Source of the DNA: Candidatus Latescibacterota bacterium
GTDB lineage: Bacteria > Latescibacterota > UBA2968 > UBA8231
NCBI GenBank assembly: GCA_965248355.1
Contig: OZ252098.1
Coordinates: 3,488,001 to 3,552,000, forward strand
Length of the DNA: 64,000 nt
Direction: 5' to 3'
The translations under genes were made by a program, and so were the position numbers. Positions 39,801 to 48,252 of this stretch are shown piece after piece. A model generated the notes under the pieces. That model saw only the letters and a list, made by a program, of their open reading frames with translations. It ran no database searches and was not told the origin of the DNA. The number at the start of each line of letters is the position of its first letter. The stretch's first letter is position 1.

Positions 39801-40802
39801 GCCCGGCCCCTGGCGCCGCGCCTCCAGCCTTGACGACAAGAGGTCGCGGGTCTCGCGGATGTCGCGCTCCGCCGGCATGAAGACGAGCACGTCGCCGCGG
39901 GTGGACTCGGCCATCAGCCTTTCGCAGGCGGACACGGCCCCGTCGGTGTACGAAAACCCGCCTTCCTCCCCCTCCAGCAGCTCCTCCAGCGGCCAGTGCC
40001 GGACCTCGACCGGGTAGACGCGGCCCGACACCTGGATGACGGGGGCGCCGTCGAAGGCCCGGGAGAAGCTCTCGGTGTCGATGGTGGCCGAGGTGACGAT
40101 GATCCGGAGATCGGGACGGCGGGCCCTCAGCGTGCGCAGGTAGCCGAGGAGGAAGTCGATGTTCAGGGAGCGCTCGTGGGCCTCGTCGATGATCAGGGTG
40201 TCGTACTCGAGCAGATCGCGGTCGGAGCGGACCTCGGCCAGCAGCAGGCCGTCGGTGACGAACTTCACCAGCGTCTCCGGCGAGGTGCGGTCCTGGAAGC
40301 GGATCCTGGCGCCCACCTGCCGCCCCCACTCGACGCCGAGCTCCTCGGCCAGCCGCCGCGACAGGGAGGTGGCGGCGACCCGCCGGGGCTGGGTGACGGC
40401 GATGCGGGCGTCGCGCCCGCGGCCGGCGAGCAGGCAGATCTTGGGGATCTGGGTCGTCTTGCCCGAGCCGGTGTCCCCGGCGACGACGACGACGGGATGC
40501 TCCCGGACGGCGGCCTGGATCTCGTCCGCGCGCCGGCTGATCGGCAGCGGCTCCGGGAAGTCGATGGTCATCGACTCCAGGGCCCGCAGGCGCAGGGCGC
40601 GGGTCCTCCGCGAGCGCTCCGCGCGCTCGGCGATGTGGTCGAGATCGCGGACCAGGCGCCGGGGCGGCCGGCCGCGGGACAGGGCTTCCCGCAGACGCCG
40701 GAGACGGCGGCCCAGGCGCACGCGGTCGGACATCATGCAGCCCTCGAGGCTGTTCTCGAGATCGGCCAGTCTCTCGTCGGGTGGGGGGGCGGCGGAGCTC
40801 AT
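36807..40802 (-). CDS. hrpA: ATP-dependent RNA helicase HrpA
   Basis: GDTGSGKTTQ, DEAHER, SAT, QRKGRCGR and C-terminal EEFRVSVFAQELGT. Confidence 0.93.
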   Translation of the reverse strand: MSSAAPPPDERLADLENSLEGCMMSDRVRLGRRLRRLREALSRGRPPRRLVRDLDHIAERAERSRRTRALRLRALESMTIDFPEPLPISRRADEIQAAVREHPVVVVAGDTGSGKTTQIPKICLLAGRGRDARIAVTQPRRVAATSLSRRLAEELGVEWGRQVGARIRFQDRTSPETLVKFVTDGLLLAEVRSDRDLLEYDTLIIDEAHERSLNIDFLLGYLRTLRARRPDLRIIVTSATIDTESFSRAFDGAPVIQVSGRVYPVEVRHWPLEELLEGEEGGFSYTDGAVSACERLMAESTRGDVLVFMPAERDIRETRDLLSSRLEARRQGPGGVEILPLFSRLSAAEQHRVFGAHTGRRIVIATNIAETSLTIPGIRYVVDTGLARISRYNPRTQTQRLPIEEISRSSAEQRKGRCGRVEDGICVRLYGEEDFQARPEHTQPEIQRANLAEVILRMLDLELGTVESFPFLEPPSEAAIRGGYQLLEELGAIDRDRRLTPLGRDMARIPISPAVSRMVLQARAEGSLAEVLVIAAGISVQDPRERPAEEEEKADLAHRRFVDPRSDFLTLLNIWRACHERLEQGTQSQLRRFCRQHYLSYLRMREWRDIHAQVRANLRELGGFPLDEDGPGGEAAYEAVHRCLLTGLFSHVARREDRNLYAAPRGRRAMLFPGSGLFQRSESRQRRVETPAAEGPGAEAAAVGAEWVVAAEMVETNRLYARTCAAIRPEWILDLGEHLCRSSCRDPHWSRSDGRVLAHETVRLHGLVVAERRVGYGRIAPREARDIFLREGLIAGEIDSVAHGFLDHNRRLHQRLEVWQSRRRQGPQVDLDDALHDFYAGLLPEGTASVHDLNRVIRERGGRDDFLFAGEEQLLGATGTPVDTEAFPEAVDVVGEQLALSYRHEPGTEADGITLHLPYRLVDAVRPEVLDWLVPGLLEERVTALLRSLPKALRKRFVPVPSTARRIAADLKPAHGDGAFLSALEHYIEEHWRLQVRRADWNLAAVPEHLRLRVEVEGDGRATLAAGRDLAALSGQLDRPAGAGAVQLDAWREAAGRWEREDVVDFDFVDLPERLEVTRVSGVPVFAFPGLVLEQNAVHVRLFPDREEARAATPAGFQRLCELALKDETVWLRRELMDLRALAGGRLQAYEHLARYLFQEGGVFPLTRERFEARVARSRERLEGLSQRFLDLMREILDLRSGLIAHPRPYPGLKEDLERLLPADFLAGLEFDRLPHLVRYLKAVRVRADRFQADAGRDGAKAAQVAPFGQAWKKVREGLDGASPERRRRAEALRWLVEEFRVSVFAQELGTAERVSAARLERAIEDVAKAD

Positions 40803-40867
40803 GCGACTGGAAGGTAGGGGCCGGCGATGTACCTGTGAATGGCGATGCCTTCGTACCTTAGCGGGAC

Positions 40868-42109
40868 ATGCATGAGTTCATCGATACCCTGACGGGATGG
40901 CTCGCCGGGCACCCGCTGGGGAGACAGGTGGTGTACACCGCCGGGCTCTTCCTGGTGGCGTGGGGCGCCCATCTGCTGGCTCGCAAGGTCCTCCTGCGCT
41001 CCGTGACCCACCTGATCCGGGCCAGCAGCACGAAGATCGACGACGTGCTCCTGGACCGGGGGGTGCTGAACCGCGCCGCCCTGCTGCTCCCAGTGCTCGT
41101 CTTCTACTACGGCGCCGGCGTCCTGCCCGGCTCGAGGGAGACGGTCCTGCAGGTGGTCAACGCCGCCCTGCTCATGGTGGTGCTGCTCGTGGCGGGAGCC
41201 CTGATCGACGCCCTGCAGGAGGCGATGGCCGACTACGACGCGCGCACCGAGGTGCCGATCAAGAGCTACGCCCAGATCCTCAAGATCGCCCTCTACGTCA
41301 TCGGCGGCCTGATGACGGTGGCGGTCCTGACGGGGCGGTCCCCGTGGGTGCTGCTCTCAGGCGTCGGCGCCCTGATGGCCGTGATCATCCTCGTCTTCCG
41401 CGACACCCTCCTGTCGCTCGTGGCCAGCTTCACCATCGCCTCCAACCGGCTGGTCAAGGTGGGCGACTGGATCGAGGTCCCCACCTTCGGAGCCGACGGC
41501 GACGTCATCGACATGGCCCTGCACACGGTGAAGGTGCAGAACTGGGACAAGACGATCACCACGATCCCGACCCACAAGCTGGTGGACGTCTCCTTCAAGA
41601 ACTGGCGCGGCATGCAGGACAGCGGCGGGCGCCGGATCAAGCGCGCCATCCACATCGACATGCACTCGATCCGGTTCTGCGATCCGGAGATGCTGCAGCG
41701 ATTCGAACGCTTCGAGCTGATCCGCGGCTACCTGAGCGCCCGCCGGAAGGAGGTGGAGCAGTTCAACGCCGAATCGCGGATGGACGCTTCGGAGCTGGTC
41801 AATGGCCGGCACCTGACCAACGTGGGCACCTTCCGGGCCTACGTGGCCGCCTATCTGCGCAGCCACCCGCGCATCCGCCAGGACATGACCTTCCTGATTC
41901 GGCAGTTGGCGCCGACCGGGCAGGGGCTGCCCCTGGAGATCTACGTGTTCACCAACACCACGGTGTGGGCCGAGTACGAGGACATCCAGTCCGACGTCTT
42001 CGACCACCTGCTGGCGGTGGTGCCCCGCTTCGGGCTGCGCGTCTTTCAGGAGCCGGCGGGGTCGGATTTCGCGGCCCTTGCACACATCGACGCCGCGGGC
42101 ATAAGGTAG
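40868..42109 (+). CDS. MscS-family mechanosensitive channel (YbdG-like)
   Basis: GDWIE, VKVQNWDKT, NWRGMQDSGGRRIKR and GLPLEIYVF. Confidence 0.9.
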   Translation: MHEFIDTLTGWLAGHPLGRQVVYTAGLFLVAWGAHLLARKVLLRSVTHLIRASSTKIDDVLLDRGVLNRAALLLPVLVFYYGAGVLPGSRETVLQVVNAALLMVVLLVAGALIDALQEAMADYDARTEVPIKSYAQILKIALYVIGGLMTVAVLTGRSPWVLLSGVGALMAVIILVFRDTLLSLVASFTIASNRLVKVGDWIEVPTFGADGDVIDMALHTVKVQNWDKTITTIPTHKLVDVSFKNWRGMQDSGGRRIKRAIHIDMHSIRFCDPEMLQRFERFELIRGYLSARRKEVEQFNAESRMDASELVNGRHLTNVGTFRAYVAAYLRSHPRIRQDMTFLIRQLAPTGQGLPLEIYVFTNTTVWAEYEDIQSDVFDHLLAVVPRFGLRVFQEPAGSDFAALAHIDAAGIR

Positions 42110-42163
42110 GGCCCGAGGAACGGACGTACGGCCCAAGGAGTCTGAGCGGGGTGAGATGAGAGC

Positions 42164-42736
42164 ATGAGAAGGAGCCGCCACAAGACCTTCGAGGTGTACG
42201 CCGTCCCAGGGCGGCTGTTGGCCCTGGCCATCCTCGGTCTGGGGCTCCTCCTCCCGGCGGAGGCGCCCGCGGCGTCGAAGGCCCAGTTCACCCTGCCGGC
42301 CATCGACGGCGAGCAGTTCTCCCTGCGGGAAGCGCTGAAGGAGGGGCCGGTGGTCCTCGACTTCTGGGCCACGTGGTGCAAGCCCTGCATCAAGGGGCTG
42401 CCCAAGCTGCAGGAGATCGCCCAGGAGTACGGCGAGCGCGGAGTGGGGGTGTACACCGTGAACGTCGACGGACCCCGCAATCAGCCCAAGGTGAGGCCCT
42501 TCCTGAAGCGCCACCGGCTGGAGCTGCCGGTCCTGCTCGACCACTCGAGGCAGGTGATGAAGCAGTTCCAGATACCCGCGGTTCCGGCGACCATGATCAT
42601 CTCCACCGAGGGCGAGGTGGTGTACAAGCACTTCGGGTACAAGCCGGGAGACGAGATCCGCCTGCGCGCCAGGCTGAAGGAGTTGCTGCAAGAGGCTGAA
42701 ACCGACTCCACGAAAGGGGGAGCCGATGAGGGTTAG
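42164..42736 (+). CDS. Exported TlpA-family thiol:disulfide oxidoreductase
   Basis: Signal peptide, DFWATWCKPC and cis-Pro AVP. Confidence 0.9.
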   Translation: MRRSRHKTFEVYAVPGRLLALAILGLGLLLPAEAPAASKAQFTLPAIDGEQFSLREALKEGPVVLDFWATWCKPCIKGLPKLQEIAQEYGERGVGVYTVNVDGPRNQPKVRPFLKRHRLELPVLLDHSRQVMKQFQIPAVPATMIISTEGEVVYKHFGYKPGDEIRLRARLKELLQEAETDSTKGGADEG

Positions 42737-43616
42737 AGGTATTCTCCGGAAGGGGCGGGTCGCCTGCGCGGCCATCGCCCTCACCGCTTCACACATGGGC
42801 GGAGCGAGCGAGGCCGAGGCCCAGGCGACGGCCGGCGACCCGGCCCCCGCCTTCGAGCTCGAGACCGTGGACGGACAGCTCGTGTCGCTTGGTGACTTTC
42901 TCGGCGAGAAGGTCGTCTACATCAACTTCATCGGGAACACCTGACCGTTCTGCATCGCGGAGGCCGCGAGTTCCGAGGCAATATGGCAGAACTACGGGAG
43001 CGATGGCTTCACCGCCCTCGGCATCGATCTGTGGGACGCGAGGGCCTCCAACGTCAAGTCCATCTGGGTCGACGACGGCCTGGCGTCCTACCCGATGCTG
43101 GTCAACGGCTCGGGGGTGGCCCGGGACTACGGCGTGGTCCAGGACTACTACTTCGTCATCGATCACGAGGGGATCGTCCGTTACCGGTCGCCCGACGCAA
43201 GGCTTGGGAACCGCTTCAATGACGGGGAGATCCGCGATGCCATCGACGATGCCCTGGCCGATCTCGCCGCCGCCCTGGAGGTCGTCGAAGTGGAGGAGGA
43301 GCCGGAGGTGATCACGGCGGTTTCGTCCGCCCCCCAGGTGCCCGACGGGTTCGAGCTGGGCGCCTATCCGAATCCCTTCAACGCGGAAACGACCCTCTCC
43401 TTCACGGTGAGCACGGCGGGCCCGCTGGTCCTGACCCTGTCCGATCTCCAGGGGCGCATCCTGCGCGACTGGTCCGGACACTACGGGACCGGGAGCCACT
43501 CCCTGACCTGGGACGGACGCGGCGAGAGCGGTGAACCCGTCGCCTCCGGGGTCTACGTCGCCACCGCGCGCCAGGGGGCCGCGGCCATCACCCGAAAGGT
43601 CACCCTGCTGAAGTAG
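42726..43616 (+). CDS. Putative selenoprotein: TlpA/redoxin domain with UPFC motif plus FlgD-Ig C-terminal domain (296 aa)
   Basis: ORFs 42726..42944 and 43095..43616 are in frame and separated only by TGA 42942-42944, in context INFIGNT-U-PFC; C-terminal AYPNPFN...WDGR...VASGVY. Confidence 0.85.
42955..42969 (+). promoter_or_regulatory. Candidate bacterial SECIS hairpin
   Basis: TCGCGG-AGG-CCGCGA, G-containing loop 16 nt after the UGA. Confidence 0.65.
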
Positions 43617-43634
43617 GGAGGAGCGGTCCCGCTC

Positions 43635-45185
43635 CTACAGCACCTTGCTGATCAGGCGCAACTCGAGGCCCTCGAAGCCCAACACCTCGTAGCAGCTGCC
43701 CCCGGTGCAGGCCAGCCCCGTCCTCCGCCGGCCCGCAAAGGCGTCCAGCGTGTGGGCCTCGCGGAACCTCCAGCTGGCGCCGAGAGCCCCCCAGTACGTC
43801 GCCCCCGACTCCGAGGCCCCGGCCTCCAGGGGGTCGTTGGACCTCTGCAGCTGCAGCGACCACGTCCACGCCGGATAGCGGCTGACCTCCACGATGGCCA
43901 GCAGGTTCTCGTGGGGGAACTCACTCCGGCCGAAGCGCCGGTCCACGTCCTGCAACTGCAGGTCGGCGCTGACGGCGTGGCGCCCGCCGGCGGACCACTC
44001 CCAGCGCGTGCCGGCGGTCAGGCGCCGCTCGTTCTCGAGGATGCGGTTGCGCGTATAGTCGAGGAACAGCTGTCCGTGGAGGACCTCGCCCACCGGGGAA
44101 TCCAATTGCAGGAAGTACTCCCGCAGCGACTTCTCCTCGCCGGGGCGCGAACCCCGGCGGGTGGCCAGGTTCCAGGCGGCGATCAGCCCGACCTGGCGGG
44201 GCAGGGCCCAGGTGAGCTCGGCCTGGACCCCGGTCTCGTCGTCGGCCAGCAGGGCGTGGGTCTCCCGGTTGAGCAGGAAGGCCTCGTGCTCCCGGATCAG
44301 GGTGGGCGGGTTGTTGATGCTCGCAAAGGCGAAGTCGTGGTAGTCCTTCCGTTCCAGGCTCAGCCCCCAGTCCCCGCCCGTCAGGGTGGCGGCCAGGTAG
44401 AGGGCCCGCGGGCGCTTGCTGTCCAGGGAGAACCAGCGGCCCGGGGCGGGATCGAGCTGGGCGTACTCGCCGTAGAGATCGCCGTACCAGCCACCCAGTC
44501 CGAGCCCTTCCAGGAGCGACCCGAAACGGAACTCCCCATGGGTGGTGGCGGCCAGCTCCTCGCGCCCGTCGAAGGAGAACTCCATCAGCGCCGCCCCGAT
44601 CTCGATGTCGCGGCTCAGGCGGGCGCCGACGGCCCCGCCGGAAACGCGGCCCCGGCGCCGTTCCAGACCCTTCAGCCCGGGGGCCAGCTCGCTGTTCACG
44701 GGGGTGCCGCGCAGCCACAGCACGTCCACCTTCCCCCGCCGGGCGCGCACCTCCACGCCATCAAGGTCGCGCACGATCTGGTAGCGGCGGCGGGCGACGC
44801 GGTCCTCGGTGACGACGCCCGGAAGCTCGAAGGCGTGCAGGAGGAGTCCGCGGCCCACCAGGGTGTAGAAGTGTCCGGCCGTCGCCTCGAGGCCGCCGTG
44901 CCGGTAGGAGAGGGATCGCTGCGCGAGGTGAGCGTAGTCCCGGCCGTCTCCGCTGGAGCGGAAGGCCTCGCTTCGGGCGCTGGCCAGGAATCCCGAGGAC
45001 TCGAAACCGAGGTTCACCTGCTGGTACACGGCCCGCAGATCGGCCGGCTCCGCGTCGGGAAGGTTGCCGAGCTGGTATTCGTGGTGGGCCGTGAGCCGCA
45101 CCTGGCCGTGGAGGGGGCCGGCCGCCAGCAGGGCGGCCGCCAACAGGGCGAGGAGCCCAGGGCTGGCGCGACAAGGAAGGGTCAT
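43635..45185 (-). CDS. DUF6029-like outer-membrane protein
   Basis: Signal peptide, GHFYTLVGRGLLL, NNPPTLIREH and C-terminal GLACTGGSCYEVLGFEG. Confidence 0.72.
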   Translation of the reverse strand: MTLPCRASPGLLALLAAALLAAGPLHGQVRLTAHHEYQLGNLPDAEPADLRAVYQQVNLGFESSGFLASARSEAFRSSGDGRDYAHLAQRSLSYRHGGLEATAGHFYTLVGRGLLLHAFELPGVVTEDRVARRRYQIVRDLDGVEVRARRGKVDVLWLRGTPVNSELAPGLKGLERRRGRVSGGAVGARLSRDIEIGAALMEFSFDGREELAATTHGEFRFGSLLEGLGLGGWYGDLYGEYAQLDPAPGRWFSLDSKRPRALYLAATLTGGDWGLSLERKDYHDFAFASINNPPTLIREHEAFLLNRETHALLADDETGVQAELTWALPRQVGLIAAWNLATRRGSRPGEEKSLREYFLQLDSPVGEVLHGQLFLDYTRNRILENERRLTAGTRWEWSAGGRHAVSADLQLQDVDRRFGRSEFPHENLLAIVEVSRYPAWTWSLQLQRSNDPLEAGASESGATYWGALGASWRFREAHTLDAFAGRRRTGLACTGGSCYEVLGFEGLELRLISKVL

Positions 45186-45267
45186 CGATCTCTCATCCGC
45201 GGACTCCGTCCCTCCCAGGGTACGCCTGCCAGCCGCCCGGACTCAAATCGCCCACCCCGGGTTCTCC

Positions 45268-46974
45268 TCAGGTCCGCGTCCCTTCCATGAGAATCCGCGC
45301 CACCTCCGGCCTGGTGAACTCCATGGGCGGGACCTGTCCCTTGGCCAGCATGTCGCGCACCTGTGTGCCGCTCAGATTCACGCGTTCCTCCGCGCCGTGC
45401 GGGCAGGTCTTCATGGAGGCCATGCCCTCGCAGCGCTTGCAGAAGAAGGAATGATCGAAGAACAGCGGGGTGATGCCCAGGTCGGCCGGGGGCAGGCTCC
45501 GCAGCAGGTCCTGCGCCTCATAGGTTCCGTAGTAGGACCCGACACCGGCGTGATCCCGTCCGACGATGAAGTGCGTGCAGCCGTAGTTCTTGCGGACGAG
45601 GGCGTGGAACACGGCCTCGCGCGGTCCCGCGTAGCGCATCGCCGCAGGCAGGACCGACAGATGCACACGGTCGGACGGGTAGTAGCCCTCCAGGAGGGCC
45701 CCATAGCAGCGCATCCGGATGTCGGCGGGGATGTCGTCCGGCTTGGTCTCTCCCACAAGGGGGTGCAACAGCAGCCCGTCGACGATCTCCAGGGCCGCCT
45801 TCTGGATGTACTCATGGGCGCGGTGGACGGGATTGCGGGTCTGAAACCCGACGATCGTCCGCCAGCCTCGCTCGGCGAAAGCGGCGCGCGTCTCGGCCGG
45901 GTCCTGCCGGTGGGACAGCAGAGCCGCCTCGAGGTCCTCGCGCTCGATGGCGGTGACCGCTCCGCCGATCAGCGCGTCATGCTGCCGGTAGACGGAGGCC
46001 ACGCCGGGGTGCGCTTCCTCCTGGGTGCCGAAGACGCTCTGCGCCTCGACCCTCTTGTCGTACGGATAGACCTCGTCAACCGTGATGACGCCGACGAGGC
46101 GGCCGGCGGGGTCGTGCAGGGCGGCTTCGTCGCCCCTTTCGAGTCCCGAGGCCGCTTCCCAGGGCGCGGACAAGGTGATCGGCAGGCTCCACAAGGTGCC
46201 GTTCGCGAGCCGCATCTCGCGCACCGTGCGCTCATAGTCGCCCCGGCTCATGAAGCCGGCCAGCGGGCTCATCGCCCCGACGGCGATGAGGTCGAGGTCA
46301 GCGGACTCGCGGGGAGAAAGCCCGAGGCGGGGCAGGGCCGAGGCCCGGGCGCGAATCTCCTGCGCCTCCTCCGGCGAGGCCAGTCGGTGGATGAGAGCGC
46401 CCCCGTGGGGCGCGATGGCCGTCATGGTGGCCGTGCCCTGTGGCGCGAATCCCCTCTCCTTCAGCGCGGACAGGACCTTGCCGAGGCTCTCCTCGATGGT
46501 CTCCTCCTCCGTGTTGACCAGGACCTCAGGGCTTGGCGGCGCCTCATACGGGTCCGAGACACCGGTGAAATTGGGAATCTCGCCCTTGAGCGCCTTCTCA
46601 TACAGGCCCTTCACGTCGCGCCGCACCAGCTCATCGAGCGAGGCGTGGACATGAACCTCGATGAAGCGGCCGATCTCCCGCCGCACCTCGTCGCGCACTT
46701 CGCGGTACGGCGAGATGGCCGAGACGATGCTGACCACGCCGTTGCGCGTGAGGAGGTTGCTGACGAATCCGATGCGCCGGATGTTGGTGTCGCGATCCTC
46801 CTTGCTGAAGCCGAGTCCCTTGCTGAGGTTCGTGCGGACCACGTCGCCGTCGAGCAGCTCGCAGTTGATACCCCGCTCCCCGAGGACCGCGAGCAACCGC
46901 TCCGCGATAGTGCTCTTGCCCGCGCCCGAAAGGCCGGTAAACCAGACCGTCACTCCCTGCGGATCTGTCGTCAC
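45268..46974 (-). CDS. sat: Fused adenylyl-sulfate kinase (CysC, N-terminal) and sulfate adenylyltransferase (Sat, C-terminal)
   Basis: [12 protein letters not shown]...[11 protein letters not shown] followed without a stop by PHGG...[11 protein letters not shown]...GRDHAG. Confidence 0.92.
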   Translation of the reverse strand: MTTDPQGVTVWFTGLSGAGKSTIAERLLAVLGERGINCELLDGDVVRTNLSKGLGFSKEDRDTNIRRIGFVSNLLTRNGVVSIVSAISPYREVRDEVRREIGRFIEVHVHASLDELVRRDVKGLYEKALKGEIPNFTGVSDPYEAPPSPEVLVNTEEETIEESLGKVLSALKERGFAPQGTATMTAIAPHGGALIHRLASPEEAQEIRARASALPRLGLSPRESADLDLIAVGAMSPLAGFMSRGDYERTVREMRLANGTLWSLPITLSAPWEAASGLERGDEAALHDPAGRLVGVITVDEVYPYDKRVEAQSVFGTQEEAHPGVASVYRQHDALIGGAVTAIEREDLEAALLSHRQDPAETRAAFAERGWRTIVGFQTRNPVHRAHEYIQKAALEIVDGLLLHPLVGETKPDDIPADIRMRCYGALLEGYYPSDRVHLSVLPAAMRYAGPREAVFHALVRKNYGCTHFIVGRDHAGVGSYYGTYEAQDLLRSLPPADLGITPLFFDHSFFCKRCEGMASMKTCPHGAEERVNLSGTQVRDMLAKGQVPPMEFTRPEVARILMEGTRT

Positions 46975-47004
46975 CTTGTTTCCTCCCTTGTCCGGGTTCG
47001 TGTT

Positions 47005-47772
47005 CTATGGTGTGGCGATGCCGGCGCCGTTTCCGGGCGGGATCGCAGTCCTCGAGATGTGGATGCCGCACTCCACCTTGTCCCCGAAATCGGACCAGCG
47101 GCCGGCTCTGCGGTCCTCGCCGGGCCGGACGGCGCGGGTGCAGTGGGTGCAGCCGATGCTGGGATACCCGCGGTCGTGCAGGTCGTTGTAGGGCACGTCG
47201 TTCTCGCGAATGCAATCCCAGATGTCCTCCTCCGTCCAAGTCGCCAGGGGGTTGATCTTGACGAGGTTGAACTTGATGTCCCATGCGACGATGGCGACAT
47301 CCTTGCGCCTGGTGCCCTGATCACGGCGCAAGCCGGCCATCCAGGCGTGCTGCCCGGCGAGGGCCTCCTCGCTGGGCCCGACCTTGCGGATCTCGCAGCA
47401 GAGATCGGGGTCGACCTTCCAGAGTTCCGGGCCGTGCCGTGCCGCCTGTCGCTCGACGGAAACGTCCGCCTTGAAGGCCATGGGACGGATTCCGTAGCGG
47501 CGCGCGGCCCGGTCCTTGAGGGCGTGTGTCTCCGGGAAGAGAAAGCCCGTATCGACGTAGAAGACGGAGACGGCGGGATTGATCTCCATGGCCATGTCGA
47601 GCAGGACCATGCCGGAGACACCGCCAAAGCTGCAGGCGAGCGTGATGTCCGGGAAGAAGGTCTCCAGGGCCCAGCGCACGATCTCCCGCGGGTGGGCGTC
47701 CTCCAGCTCGGCTCTGACCTGTCCAAGCCTCTCCTCGGTCCATTCCGTCCTCAGCGCTCCAATGTCCGCCAT
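47005..47772 (-). CDS. cysH: APS/PAPS reductase, Fe-S type
   Basis: SFG, DTG.LF.ET, CCEIRK, GYPSIGCTHCT, RAGRW and ECGIH; ATG 47772 with RBS. Confidence 0.92.
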   Translation of the reverse strand: MADIGALRTEWTEERLGQVRAELEDAHPREIVRWALETFFPDITLACSFGGVSGMVLLDMAMEINPAVSVFYVDTGFLFPETHALKDRAARRYGIRPMAFKADVSVERQAARHGPELWKVDPDLCCEIRKVGPSEEALAGQHAWMAGLRRDQGTRRKDVAIVAWDIKFNLVKINPLATWTEEDIWDCIRENDVPYNDLHDRGYPSIGCTHCTRAVRPGEDRRAGRWSDFGDKVECGIHISRTAIPPGNGAGIATP

Positions 47773-47803
47773 GTCTTCCGCTCTCCCTCCGTATCTGGCT
47801 GGC

Positions 47804-47843
47804 AAGAAAAAACCCGCCCCCCTTGGCTGTCGGGGGGCGGGTT
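47804..47843 (-). terminator. Intrinsic terminator (attenuator) upstream of cysH
   Basis: AACCCGCCCCCC-GACAGCCAA-GGGGGGCGGGTT followed by TTTTCTT. Confidence 0.85.
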
Positions 47844-47900
47844 CGTGCGCTTCTTCCTGGTTGATCAGGCGTGCCGCGCCGCTGTGTCAGTGAGGCCGGC

Positions 47901-48020
47901 TTACGTCGCTCGTCCGGCCTCCCGCCCCTGGATGGGCGTACAACAACACGAGCAGGTCACCGCGGCGCGGGGCGCCAGGGCAATCGCTGAGCAGTCAGGT
48001 ATGTGGAATTGCGCGTTCAT
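47901..48020 (-). CDS. Cys-rich leader peptide (39 aa)
   Basis: MNAQFHIPDCSAIALAPRAAVTCSCCCTPIQGREAGRAT with codons TGC TCG TGT TGT TGT. Confidence 0.75.
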   Translation of the reverse strand: MNAQFHIPDCSAIALAPRAAVTCSCCCTPIQGREAGRAT

Positions 48021-48043
48021 CGTCTCACGATCCGCTTCAACGC

Positions 48044-48071
48044 AAAATAGGCGACCGGCCTATGCTGTCAA
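48044..48071 (-). promoter_or_regulatory. Sigma70-like promoter of the cys leader
   Basis: TTGACA-16 nt-TATTTT. Confidence 0.6.
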
Positions 48072-48252
48072 TGCGTCGACGCTGGCCGCGCCCTCACCGC
48101 CCAGCTCGCTGCCGAAGAGGGCCTGCCTTGAGCAACCGCCTGCTGCGCCAGGCGCGCCGAATCCTCCTGCCAGGTGCCCTCGCTCCAACGACGGCCAGCC
48201 TGCACTGGTGCGCGCCCCCTGAATCCCTCCGGCAAGGCAGCATGACCCTGTC

